Shown: positions 51,038-64,000 of the stretch, in pieces
How positions within the stretch are numbered: position 1 is the first letter of the stretch
Layout: each line of letters starts with the position of its first letter
Source: the human T2T-CHM13v2.0 reference genome, Homo sapiens
Reading direction: 5' to 3' (one strand)
Assembly (NCBI RefSeq): GCF_009914755.1
Contig: NC_060935.1
Length of the DNA stretch: 64,000 bases
Made by a program: the position numbers and the translations under genes
The notes under the pieces: generated by a model
Told to the model about the DNA's origin: nothing
Database searches by the model: none
What the model saw: the letters and a program-made list of their open reading frames with translations, nothing else

Positions 51038-52016
51038 GTAAGAGCAGATTTTACCTTGGGGGTAATGAGTTACAGTGGAGCCATCTCAAAAGGCCGGGGT
51101 GAGGGGAACAGAGCACTGAAATCTCTCAGAAGGCAGCTTTCTGTCTCATGTCTTGACAATTTATTTGATTTGTGTTTTGACTAAGTTGTGTGAGTACCAG
51201 CTTGATTTTATGCTTTTCCTGTTAAGGTCACATACACAGAAATATCATCTTGATTCTCTTAGAAGAAAGGCTGGCCAAGGCCAGAGGGAAATGCTGGTGG
51301 TTTGGGGAAGATGTGTTCTGCACCACTTCTTGCCTCCCATTATCTTTCTGGCTCTCTCATTTCCCCCTTTGGATGGTACTTTTGTGGATTACTCTGGAAA
51401 TATTTCCAAAAAAAAAGTAACGTGGGGCTGGTTTAATCCTGCCAACTCTACTTGGGTCTGACAAATCAAAGGCTAAGACTCCAGAGAGGATTAGATGGTC
51501 CGGGTTAATACTAGGGGAAGGGAACTTGAGCAGTGGAATTTGTCATGCCTTGACCATGTGCTGGGAGGAGAGAGTTCCTCCAGTGAAGGCACGTGGGTGG
51601 ATACTGGCCACAGCTTTGCCTTGGGCCTTAAGGTAACCACCCCATGGGCCTGACTGAGAGCCCAGAGCAGACAGAGGAGGCTTACAGGTCAATTGGACAG
51701 CATTAGCCTGATTATTGTTACTGGTAGCCTTGGCCAAGGGAGAAGGTGCAAGGAGAGGACAGGGCCCAGCCTCTCTGGCATGTTGTTGTGGAAAAGTTGC
51801 TTACCCTTCAAGTGTGAGAAGTAGTCTTTCATAGTTGGAGCTCTGCTCAAATCCGTGGAGTACGTACCTGAAAACACAGAAGGTTGGCCTTAGCTGAAAC
51901 TGTTGGACTACTGCTGCCATTCAAAGAGAAAGGAGTTTGTTTTCCCTGTTGTCTTGTGATTGATTTCTTAGACTACCTGCCATTGATTCTCCTCTTCTCC
52001 TTTTTCCTCCTCTCCC

Positions 52017-52593
52017 TGTATTAGTTTTCTGTTGCTGTATAACAAATTATCACAAACTTAGCCACTTAAAACAACATGTCTTTATTATCTCACAGCTTTT
52101 GTGCATCAGAAGTCTAGGCATAGCTTAGCTGGGTGCCTCTGCAAGGCTTCAGTCAAGCTGTTGCCCAGGGTTGCATTCTCATCTGGAGGCTTAACTGGGG
52201 AAGGGTTTGCTTCTATGTTCACTCAGTTTGTTGGCTGAACTAATTTTCTTGCTGTTATAAGACTGTGGGCCCTGGCTTCTTGGTGGCTGTCAGCTGGAGG
52301 CCACCATCACCTCCTAGAAGCTGCTCTCAGCTCCTTGCCACATGGGCCTCCCAATATCTGCCTGCTTCCTCAATGCCAGCATGGGAGAAAGCTTCTGGAA
52401 CAAGTCTGCTAACAAGGTAGAATCTTACCTAACTTAACATAATCATGGGAATGGCATCTTACCAGCTTTGCAATAGTCTATTGGTTAGAAGCAAGTCACA
52501 GGTCCCTACACTCAAAGGGGACAGGATGATACAAGGGCATGAATACCAAAGTGCAGGCATCATTAGGGGTCGCTGTAAAGTCTGTCTGCCACA
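52017..52593 (-). mobile_element. MLT1E/F-like solo LTR (ERVL-MaLR)
   Basis: tgtattagttttctgttgctgtataacaaattatcacaaacttag...ctattggttagaagcaagtcacagg...ctgccaca; TG...CA termini. Confidence 0.85.
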
Positions 52594-52649
52594 TTCCTTT
52601 TTCCAATTCTTCCTCTTCCTCTTACTCTTCATCATTATTGTCCAAAGCT

Positions 52650-52830
52650 CTTTTAAACTATCTCTCATTTTCTCAAAACCCTTTTGAAGTAGGTGGTATT
52701 CTCTCCATTTTACAGATGCAGAAATTGAGGCCCGGTGAAGCTTAGTAGTCCAATGTCACCTGACTAGTCTCCGTGGGAATTCTAACCCAGGCAGTCTGCT
52801 TCTAAAGCTTCTGTTCTTTGCTCTGCTGTA
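52650..52830 (-). mobile_element. MIR SINE
   Basis: ctccattttacagatgcagaaattgaggccc...gggaattctaacccaggcagtctg. Confidence 0.7.
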
Positions 52831-54158
52831 TTATATTACTTTTTACTCCAGAGATGCTTAACTTAGTGCGGGGCCTTGTCCTCCTTCACTTTAGTAACCA
52901 CTTATTGAGCACCAGTGTGTTCCAGTTCTGTACTCCTTGCTAAGAATAAATAACAAATGTGGAAGGCTGAGACCTCAGAAGAAGGGGTACCTTTTTTTTT
53001 TTTTCTTTGGTAGGATGGTCATGGAAATACAACTTGCATCTGAGCTGGGTTTTGAAGCCCACATCAGCAGAATCACATTATGCATGTGGGCCTACTTTGA
53101 CTGAGTTTTGCAGCTGTGCAGAGTGTTTCTACCTGAAAACTTCCCAGGTTTTAGCACAGGCAGCAAGAGAGGGAATATAAAAAGGATCATACTGAGAGGT
53201 CTTATATTCATTCCAGCTCCATCCCTCCTGACTGTGGGATCAGCTGTGCTGCCTGTTTCTCCATCTTTAAAATGAGGATATTCATGCTTGTTTTATCTGA
53301 TCTTACAGCAGTCTTATGAAATTCAAGTTAGGTATCAAATATGACATAAGTTTGAAATCTATGGCATGTTCCAGATAGCACTTGGCAGCAGCTACCTAGA
53401 AAGGTATGTATGGAAGGATGATGAGGTCTCAATATCTGTGTCAGTATGTTGTGATAGATTAGTCATGTCTGCCTTGGGCTCAGAAGAGGCAAATGGGAGT
53501 ATGTATGTTGTGCATTTTCTAAACATAGTGCTATGAAAATGTAAGTTAGCAGTTTTATCATTGCTCAGGATGATGCTTCCCTGAATCTATTCAGATGAGA
53601 TGAACTTCCCTAGACAGTGGCATCTTTAGGCCTAGGGTACTGGTCTGCAGTTCCAGAGACCCAAGTTAGCACCAGTTGTCCAGGCCACACCTGAGGCCAC
53701 TAAATTGCTTCCCTAAACCCTCCACCCTCCAACACAGGATCGCTTTGTCCAGAGACTCCTCAATAAGGCTGGATATCAGCATGTGACTCTCTCGCCAGAC
53801 TGGCTGTGCTGGGGCTTGGAAACTCTGCTCTGTATGTAGAGAACAGGCTAAAAGGAGTGAGAAGACAGCAGTTGTAGGCATCTCCTGTGTGACTTCTTTC
53901 CTCAGTTGTCTATCAGCCAGCTCAGAGCATTTATTCTTAGATTGTCTTATGAACACAGGTCTCTTGGTGAGAGGGGGGAGAAGCATCTTCTGACTAGGAT
54001 GCTGAACTATTGGCCATTTGAACACTTTGCTTTTCAAGTCCATGCTTTCCGCCATACATGCCCATTAAAAGAAAATGTAAAAATATATTTGTATGTGTAC
54101 ACATATTTAATATACACATATGTATGTATATATAGATATCCATATATCTATATATACA

Positions 54159-54244
54159 TACATAAAATTTTCTACATAAAATTTTATATATATCTACATA
54201 AAATTTTCTACATAAAATTTTATATATATCTACATAAAATTTTC
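54159..54244. repeat. AT-rich minisatellite, 36-bp higher-order unit (2.4 copies)
   Basis: Five copies of tacataaaatttt separated alternately by c and atatatatc; preceded by (TA)n-like sequence from ~54085. Confidence 0.9.
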
Positions 54245-54712
54245 CCAGAATTGGAATCTTACTGACTTCATCTTATACTGGACAGAATTCTAGTGGCTAT
54301 ACTTGTTCTTTGACTGGCAAGCTCCTACTTATTCTTGAAAAGTGAGTTTCTCTTTGAGACCTTTCCTAGCTCCCCGACACAGAACCAGAGGGACCTCCCT
54401 CTATCATCCCACCAGCTGCTGTCTTGGGCCTGGGTCTTAGTTGTCTTCCTTTCTGGGTTCCCAACATTTAGCATGGTGCCTTGCATGCAGTGATGTTCAG
54501 GAAAAGTTGAGAGGATTAGGGATAAGAATTTTATTCACTACCAGCCTGGGTTGGATTGTTTCCAATAGGTGGCCCGAATGTTTCCCCTTCTCAACATTTA
54601 GTACTCCACTAAACATTCCTCTAAATTGTATGTCACACCTTTCTACTTTCTAGGGATCTACCACAGCTCTCAACTGTCAGGTTTGGAAAGGACCTTTAAA
54701 AGCTCCGATCTG

Positions 54713-55014
<302 letters not shown>

Positions 55015-55154
55015 AAAAGCTCCGATCTGATGAATGAATTGCTTCTATAAAAAGTAGTCAACAACCTCTATTAATTACTTCCTGTGATGGGCAGCTTACT
55101 ACCTTTTCAGGCACTAGTTCTAATGGTGAAGAGTTGGAATCCTTCAAAAGCTCT

Positions 55155-55514
55155 TTTCTTAGATTCAGACTGCTATAACAAAATACCAGACTGAGTGGCA
55201 TATAAACAAAAGACATTTATTTCTTATGATTCTGGAGGCTGGAAGTCAAAGATCAAGGTGCTGGCAGATTCTATGTCTTGGGAGGGCCCACTTCCTCATT
55301 TGCAGACAGCCATCTTTTCACCGTGTCCTTCCATGGTGGAAGGCGTGATCCAGCTCTCTTGGGCCTGTTTTATAAGGAAACTAATCCTGTTCATGAGATC
55401 TTTACCCTCATGACCTAATTATCTCCCAAAGGCCCCATCTCCAAACACCATTACATTAGGGATTAAACCTGAATATATGAATTTTGGGAGGACACAAACA
55501 TTCAGACCACAGCA
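55155..55514 (-). mobile_element. MLT1A-type solo LTR with 5-bp TSD
   Basis: ctgctataacaaaatacc...ctggaggctggaagtcaaagatcaaggtgctggcagatt...gacacaaacattcagaccacagca. TSD gctct at 55150-55154 and 55515-55519. Confidence 0.88.
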
Positions 55515-55589
55515 GCTCTTCTTTTATTAAGTCCTCCCCTTGGTAGTGTCATTCCCTGTAGGGCTACAAAGAATAATCCAATCTGGGGA

Positions 55590-56595
55590 CAGTGTGAACA
55601 TCAAAATCAATTGAGGACAACAGTGGATTATAGCCACTAAATAGAATAGGAATCCACAAGCCTATAATAATAAATAGATACATTTAAAAATAGATATATC
55701 AATGGAGGAGAAGAGAGGGCTGGACTCTACAGGAGAACGCTGACTGATAGAGGGAGTTGCAGCCTTCTGGTGAATGGGAGTTAAGGCAAGAATCATCAAC
55801 GGATGCTGAAATCTAGAGGGGGAAATTTGAGGAGGAGCAGGATTTTCGCATAGTCTCAAAATATCTCTCTATTGATTGCTTATTAGCTGCAAGGGGAAAC
55901 AAAGTAAGCACTAATTGGAGTATCCAGATCACATCATGACTAGGTGATCAAAATTACATCACTGGTGAGGGACAGATGGACGTCATGTGCTTCCTGAGGT
56001 GATACCCTGAGAAGAACACAACATCAGTTATGCTATATGCCAGTCAGGGATGGAAAACCTGAAACTAATCATAAGGAATCTCAGACAAACCCAAATTGTG
56101 GAACATTCTATTAAAAAAAAAAACTGGGCTACATTGTTCAAAAATGTGAATGCTGTGGAAGACAAAGGCTGAGAAACTGTTCCAGGATGAAGGAGACTAA
56201 AGAGATGTGACAGCTAAATGTACTACGTGATCCTGAACTGCATCCTGTGCAGAGCAATCACATGGTCTAAAGGACATTTTTTACTCAATTGGCAAAACTG
56301 GAATGTTGGAATTAAATCAGTGTTAAATTGCCAGAATTTATAGCTGCACTATGGAAGACAATATACTAGTTCTTTGGAAATAAACACTAAGCATAAGAAG
56401 CAAAGGGCATAATCTATGTGGCTTACTCTGAAATGGCTCAGAAGAAAGATGATATGTGTGCCTTACAGATAAAGGAGGGGAGGAGAGGGAGAAAGGAAAG
56501 GAGAATGGATGATGTATGGGGGAATTCTCTATACTATTCCTGTGACTTTTCTGTAAGTTTGAAGTTGTATCAAAATGAAAAGTTAAAAAGAAAAC
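55590..56595 (+). mobile_element. L1MC4-like 3' UTR fragment
   Basis: aggtgatcaaaattacatcact...aaggagactaaagagatgtgacagctaaatg...tttctgtaagtttgaagttgtatcaaaatgaaaagttaaaa. Confidence 0.75.
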
Positions 56596-57054
56596 ATATC
56601 TAAATGAAGGCCTATCAAAATCTGTAGGCAGCACGATTGTGCCTTTTAAGGGACAGCCGCTTTCTAGGCCCAGGAGGAGTGTAGTGATGATGGCATGGTT
56701 GAGGACCCACTCCATCGTGGGTCAGGTGCTCAGACCCGACCTATGATGGAGTGGGGATGGTGGGAGGGTGTCAATCACAGAAAGGTTCCTCAAGGAACTT
56801 ACCTATAAGCCAAGACTTCAGACTTTATTAAAGTGAGACAGGCAAAGCAGTCAGGGAGGGCATTCCCAGCAGAGAAAATAGTGTGTAGAGAGGAGAGGAG
56901 AGCCAGAGGGCCAGCAAGGCAAAGTCGGGCAGGGCCACCAGGTATAAGGCAATGAATTCTGGGCTTTAGCCTAAGAACAAGGGCCAGTGGTTGAAGAGTT
57001 GATTTTTCAGGCTGAGAAGTAACATCTGATGTGTAACTTCAAGGAAAAACTTAA

Positions 57055-57359
<305 letters not shown>

Positions 57360-60274
57360 TTAAATGCTTTTCACATGCGCTGTTCTTAAGTCTTCATCTA
57401 TCCCAGACACCCCTGGAGCTGGGCTTCCTAGATAGTGGGATTGTTTGCGACTTTTCTGCCATCATCTTCTATAAGGCAGAAGAAAGTGGGCCTTTTGCTG
57501 CTGCTCTTTAGGAGCCTTCCTTTGGTGGCTAAGGTTGGATCTGTGTGTTCAACGTCTTGTTAGTGTGATTATCTTCTTGAGTCATGAGCTTCCCCAAGTT
57601 GGCTGTTGCCTGCCAGCCCATCACAGTGGCATCTCTGTGAATTATTAAGAAGGTTTAAGAGGCCAGGATAAACAGCATGAATCAAGAGAGAGACAGGCCT
57701 CCCTCCTTTGCTTACGTTGCTGTCACACAGGGAGGATGCCAGAAGAGGTTGGAGCAAGGAAAGCAGGGAGCGAGAGAGAAGGGGTGGGAGAAAAGGGGAT
57801 AAGAGTTGAGAGAGGAAGGAAAAGATGAACAAAGGAGGACTGGAGAAAAAGGGAGCAAAGAGAGAGAGAGAATTTCTTCTTAGAAGTGGGAAGACCTGAT
57901 AGCAGCTTCTTTTCCACCACCATTTGGGCTGCCTCTGAACACAACCAGGAAATTCAGACAACATGTAGGACTATCCCTTCTTTCTGTTGATGATCTACTA
58001 CCATTATGTGACCCTGGGTAAGTCATTTACCTTTCTGGGGAGCCAGTTTTTGTCTCTTCCCATTGGCAGGGTTGTTAACTGCCAGGGATGATAAGTGCAT
58101 AGATGCACAAGCTATGTTGAAATGTTCTGAATCCTTTAATGAAGTCTTTTGAAAAGTAATAAGCTTGATATCACTGTTCTTATTTTAAAAGTGCACTGAT
58201 GCTTTCCAGTCACTAACTAGTCACCTTGCATGCAGGCAGGTTACTGCATTAGTGGGGCTAAGAAAGTCTTGAATACGCTGGGATAAATAAATTACCATTG
58301 GCACTTAAGGATGCCAGTTTTAATCACAGATGAGGACTTTGGGGATAAGTGCCTTTGTTTCTTTGATTATCTGCTTTTGGGATGCAGCCAAAGACCCCCT
58401 GCCCTGAGTTACTAAATTCAGCTTTGAAGACCAAGCTCTTCCTTCTTACCAGCAGAATCAGAGCTGCTATTAGCACTCTAATTATTTATGACAACCATAG
58501 GAATTCCTGGGAATTTAAGTAAAGGAGAAGTATTTCAAGTATATGAAACTGGAAACTAGGAGGCCCAAAACTCATTTTGTAATTTTATTAATTATTTATT
58601 TTGAGATTGGATTAGTCATTTGATTCATCTCTTCCCGTGTACTCTTTAGAGTGGTTATATTTAGGCTTTACCCCATCAGTTTATTTTGACTTTTGTAAAA
58701 TGGAAGTATTAGGCTTGTAAGAGCCATGATATTTAAATTCAAAGAGCACCTGACTGGGTTTAGGTGACAGACCATGAAAAGGAATTAGATGAGAAATTAG
58801 ACCAAGCCCTTTGGTTTCATTATTCAGGTGGCATATAAAGAATCTTTAAAGTGTCCCAAATGACTTATTAGGATCACAGTTATCCATCTTTCACTGTAAT
58901 GAGCACTAATGACCTAATGCTGAACTGGGTATTGATCAGAATCCAATGACTTATGACTTTGGCCATCATGAGTATCCATTTGGAAGACACCTTGACTGGC
59001 CTTGATTCTCAAAAGCTGCATATTTATTCTCTCCAATGTTGAGTGTCAAAATCCAAGGTCAGAGCTCATGCCTGCCATAATTTCCCAGGTATGGAAGAGT
59101 GCCATCTGTCAAGTGTTTGGTTTTTTTGGACTTTAGTATATACATCTGTATTATAAATGGAAGGATAGCTGCCTGAAAATAGGCAGCTATTCTTGATTCA
59201 TCTCAATGTTCAAGAATCAAGATTTCTTGATTCATTGAGATATTCAGAAGACTTATTTCTTAGTTCCACTCAACAAGTATTTATTGTGTGGCTCCTGTGT
59301 GCCAGACACTGTGCTAAGCTCTGGGGTGACTGTAGAAAACAAAGCAGATAAGAATCTCTATTCTTATGAAGTTTACAAGCTAGCAATATATTCTGGCTCA
59401 TTATATTTTCTAATAAACAGAAGAACAAACATCTATGAGTTATTCCATTCAGTGGGCATCTTGTTTGTGCTTTTCATGGCACCTCTTTTGGGAGCAAGGC
59501 TTTCTACAATGCCTATCCTAGTGTTCTTATATTAAGAGGAGTTGAGAAAATGCAATTAGATCTCTGAAGATTGGGATTTTCCCAGGTGGGTCATAAACCT
59601 TAACATCTATTACTTCTGGCAGGTTCTAAAAAAAAGGTGTAGATTAGACTGAATATATACTAACCAGTCTGTCTTATGGTAATTAGATTTTTAAACAATT
59701 TTCTGCCACTAGCTTGCTTCTTAATTTTCACTTGTCTCTCAAGATAGAAACAGAGAAAAAATGAATTCAATTTGAGATAATGATTCAGGTTTCTAAAATC
59801 TTGGAGGCTTGGGACACTTTGATTCTATTATCTTTTTCAGACAGTTTCCAATGGCTTTTCTCTTTTTGGAAGTTTTAGGTATCATATTTATTAAAATATG
59901 ATATGATTTTATTTGGGGAATTCAATTTTGTGAGCAGTTATTGAGCTCAAAGGATACAGATGTGAAAGGTAAACTATACACGTCTGCTAGGCTCTCACAG
60001 CATATTTTGGGGAAACAAGAAAAGGAGGAATTATGTATTGGATGATTAAGAACAAAACAGAGGCAGGTACAGGGTGCTGTGAGGACAGAGGCCTGAGTGT
60101 ATCTTTCCCTTCTGTGAGTGAGGACATGGGATTGCAGAGGGAGCATATAAAGGTTTCAAGAGGAAGCTAACCCTTAGTCCTTTACTGTGGAGCCCTAGCT
60201 GAGTTTCCAAACTGAGACGGAGATATCAAAAGGACAATTTTTATATACAATACGTATTATTGGGTTCATGATAC

Positions 60275-60515
60275 TACCATTTAGAGAATACTTACTACGT
60301 GTTGGGCACCGTGCTAAGCATTTTACTGGCATCATCTAATTCTAATTGCTTCTCTTGTGAAGCAGGTAGTATTAACTGTGTTTTATAGATGAGGAAACTG
60401 TGACCCAAAGAGGTCGAGTGACATGCCTGATGTCACACGCTAAGAAGCTCTGCAGCTGGAATTCACGCTAACGTATCTTTGCCTCCAAAGTCAGTGTTCT
60501 AACCACTATGCTACG
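60275..60515 (-). mobile_element. MIR SINE
   Basis: cttactacgtgttgggcaccgtgctaagcatttta...ttttatagatgaggaaactg. Confidence 0.75.
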
Positions 60516-61307
60516 GCCTTTCTTGTGCTGCTGTATTCTCAAACACAGTCTCTCCATAGATATCTTGGACTGTGTTATGCCAGGGACTCCTCCATACTTA
60601 CGATGAACTGCATTCACCCAGGGAAGCTGAGCCAGTCCTCCTTTGTATTAGTACTTGATTTCCTGTGAATGCAATGCAACCTCTTTCCATCACTTCTCTA
60701 AGTAGCTGGACACACATATGTGTGTCCCTTGATCTAATTTGGACTTACTGTGTGGCGTTGGTCAAGTCACATAGTGAGAAAGTGATGAAGTCTCACTTTC
60801 TCATTTTCCCCATTTGCCACTGCTTTGGGAATAGTTATTAGGACAAACAAAAGCAATATTAATCTGGCCAAAGATGGAGTGAGATGCTTTCATTTGTGGC
60901 TTTTTTCTCTGGGAGCTGAGTTGTAGCTGGACTGATCCACTCTGAACTATTCCGTCTTTTGTGACGGTTGTATTTGCCTTTCCAAGAGCCTAAAGCACAA
61001 TCACAGCTAGCTCACTCTCTTTCCCAGTCTCCAAGCATTTCCACGATGCCCCTTCACTCCAAGACTGTCATCGATGCAGTTGTCTCTGTTTTAGATGACG
61101 ACCTTGCCCCAGCTGTCCCTGGAGGACGGCAGCTCGATGAGTAAGTCCTGAAGCTTGCTAGATGTGTCTCAGTATTTCACATGCCTGCACTGATTGGACA
61201 AACCCTGGTATGGGCCTTAGGACTTGGTTGCCTCAAGTGTCCTGAACATCACTACTGAAAGTGTCTCTCTGGTGATTTATTTTTCTGACTTGTGTTTCCT
61301 TTTTCAG

Positions 61308-61360
61308 CAAATGAAAAGATTGAAGACATCAATGGCTGTCCGAAGAACAGATCCCAAATG
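61308..61360 (+). CDS. NAV2: NAV2 internal coding exon (53 nt, phase 1 to phase 0; likely exon 3)
   Basis: Acceptor tgtgtttcctttttcag|CA and donor ATG|gtaagt. Joins in frame to the previous exon (G+CA=Ala), giving ANEKIEDINGCPKNRSQM. Too short to appear in the ORF track. Confidence 0.95.
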
Positions 61361-64000
61361 GTAAGTGGTGCATAGGTAGTAAATGTTTGAGTTCTGTCAG
61401 CAAGCCCTGCCTCTAAGTGATATTGACCATCTTGAAAACATTCATACCAGATGCTTTACTCCAGGGGATTATATTAATAAACTCACAGCTATTTCCAAGT
61501 AGCTGTGTTCTGCTTTTCTGACATTTGTTGGCATTTATTGAAAAATGGCTATGATTTTTATGTAGATTGTGAGACAGTTAAAGTGAAATATTGTCCTTGT
61601 TCTTAGACACAAATTATGCAGAACTGGTACAAACATATACATGTTTAGTACTTGAACTGCTGTGGCTCGTTCTGCTTCCTCAAAGACCCACATCAATATG
61701 TGTTTGTGTATGGAGCTGAGGCACGGATGAAGTGATGGTATCTTACTAATCAGAAACTGGAGCATGTGGTCAGATTGCCTTTAAAGGTTGGAATGATGTG
61801 AAATCAGAACTGTGACAGGAAATGTGAAATGTGCAGTCACATCTGAAGCTTTTCAACATAACCTTTGCAAGTGATATTCTCTCTGGCATGATGCATTTAA
61901 GTTCTGATATTATAGCTTTATACATAACCCCCAAAACTAATCTTTTAAAAATCTGTTCTTTTTCTTATTGCATGTCCTGCACATAATCTTTGAATTAAAA
62001 TTTATCGTCATTGTTGAGTTCAGAAAACATTGGCTTAGTTTTTCACTTCAAAACAAATTTCAAGCATGAATATTTACAAAAAAAAGTATATTTTCAGAGT
62101 CTGTTAAGATAACACTAATAACCTATTTAAAACATGAAGGTGTCAACTTAAGGACAACTATTTTTTGCTGGATGTTCATTTGCTTCCAGAAATCTAAAAA
62201 AAAAAAAAAAAAGCTTAATTTGCTTCTGTAACCCCATCCTACCTCCTTTGAGTAGGCACAGTTTGATAGGTCTCATTTCAGAATAAACCAAAGTGATTGG
62301 CATTCCTTGGGCTTACTGTTTAGTTTTCTGAATTGTTATCCCAGTGACTTGGGCAAATAGGCAGCCATTTTAGTTGGCTTTTTTTAATGCACATTTTGAA
62401 TATAAAGATGTCAGTGTATGTATGGAAGGGGAGTCATTTTCCAGTTTATATTCTGAAACAAGTTTTTGTTGTTGTTGTTCCACTGAAGGTTTTCTTTCTT
62501 TTTGATCCAAAGACCAACCACTTCTTACATAGGAAAGTCCCCAGGCTGACATCTCATGGCTGCTTTGACTTTTGGAAAAGTTGGGCTGCTATTTTTGCTG
62601 CAGCTACTGCAGCTGTCTAGGGTATTAATAATTGAGAAAATTTGGATGATAGAAGACTTAATTTTAGTGCAGGCATGCTGCACATGTAGTCCTATCTTCA
62701 TATGAAACAGATGCATTATTTCCCTCCAGGATAGATACTGATGCAATTGCCCCAGGCCATTATAATGTGTGTGTAGAACTGGTATGTGGAAATTGTCAAC
62801 CTTTTATTCTATTTGGTGCACCTGTATTCTAAGCACCTTCTATTGGAGGTTTTGCGTGTTGTTAGAGTCTACTTCCAAGCTTATACAGATTGAGTAGCCC
62901 TAATCTGAAATATCTGGGACCAGAAATGTTTTGGATTTTGGAATATTTACATTATACTTACAGCATCCCAAATCTGAAAATCCAAAGTGTTTCACTGAGC
63001 ACTTCCCTTGAGCCTCATGTCATGCTCAAAAAGTTTTGGATTTTGGCATATTTTAGATTTTAGATTTTTAGATTTGAGATGTTCAACCTGTAATATTGTC
63101 ATTTCAGATTCTTCTTTGCAAATTTATTTCCATATGCAAATAAGTTACTTATAAATACTACCATAGCACCAATGCAGTGTTGCAGTTTCTCTATAACTCT
63201 TTCAGCCATGCCAGTGCTATATTTTTTTGTTTTTGTTTTTGTGTGTGTGAACTGTGTGTTTTTTTTTTTTTTTAGAACACAAGAATATAAAATCCTATAA
63301 TTGTCTGTGATAATTAGTTCCAGCTTAGGGGTAGGGAGGCAGACACAGTCTTGTGGTAAGCCTAGCAGAGAGTAGTTCAGCGTACAGGATGTGAGTCCAG
63401 GAAAATGTGAAAACTTCTGCCACAGTCATTCTATTCTGTAGGAAATGAATAGGATGATGAGAAGGACAATAGGATCATTGTTCTTGCCCCTACATCACAA
63501 AACAATGACAAGTTCATAAGGCAGAACTCACTAGATCACACAGGAAGTTCTTTCGATAGACAGGCATGGATGATTTTCTGGCTAATAGGACACCTGTGTG
63601 CACACAAGCATATATAGAGTTAAAGCACTTTTGCTCATGGGAAGTATAATTTGAGAAGATGGCATAGGGTGTGAGCCACCATTTCTAGATTGCTAGGTGG
63701 TTAGCCTCCCAATTAGACTTTATCTGGGTGGCCAATAATAAACATTTGTTGTTCGCTAAATATTGCCTGTTTGGAGGATACCAAAGGAGAAGATATGTAG
63801 AAAGCATGGCAGAAGGAAGATGACACACAATGAGATGAGAACTTGGGAAGTGTATCCTGTTAGGAGGGTAATGGGCTCTGCTAGGAAAAAAAAATAATCA
63901 GCATAGAGTTAATGCGGTCACTCCCTAAGAAAACAGATAGAGCACCTTTAGGGCCCTTTAATAATAGAGACAAAAGGAGTTTTATTTCAGAGCAGGAATG
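61361..64000 (+). other. NAV2: NAV2 intron (5' part)
   Basis: Starts with consensus gtaagt; next exon not seen in the window. Confidence 0.85.
62886..63090. mobile_element. Tigger4a/MER46A-like TcMar MITE with TA TSDs
   Basis: ta|cagattgagtagccctaatctgaaa...gggaccagaaatgttttggattttggaatattt...tttagatttgagatgttcaacctg|ta. Confidence 0.85.

Noticed and set aside
50830-51102. 90-aa ORF as a stand-alone gene
   Set aside because: Only 50920-51037 is exonic. The flanks are intron read-through beyond clear splice sites, and the start is a non-ATG codon.

Overview
Human genomic DNA (it carries a human-specific AluYb8 insertion) from inside the NAV2 (neuron navigator 2) gene on the + strand. About 51 kb of a long intron is followed by a 118-nt coding exon (50920-51037), a 10.3-kb intron, a 53-nt coding exon (61308-61360) and the start of the next intron. 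The two exons encode part of the N-terminal calponin-homology domain (IYTDWANHYLAKSGHKRLIKDLQQDVTDGVLLAQIIQVV-ANEKIEDINGCPKNRSQM). Everything else is intronic and rich in repeats: about 12 Alu, FAM or FLAM elements, many MIR and L2 relics, L1 3' ends, MLT1 solo LTRs, and MER5, MER20, MER58, MER63, MER113 and Tigger4 DNA-transposon fossils. The supplied ORFs are spurious except where one overlaps the first exon. I cannot support a wholly new gene system here. The best leads are: (1) an ectopic copy of what I recognise as the U3 snoRNA gene upstream/distal enhancer region, bounded by inverted repeats (46156-46605); (2) a candidate 46-nt poison exon just upstream of the 53-nt exon; (3) a ~120-bp locally templated insertion inside a MER5A; (4) a young AluYb8 with perfect TSDs that forms an inverted Alu pair next to a coding exon; (5) several template-switch hairpins and transcription-factor motif clusters. 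Repeat subfamily names come from recalled consensus sequences, and boundaries of old repeats are approximate.
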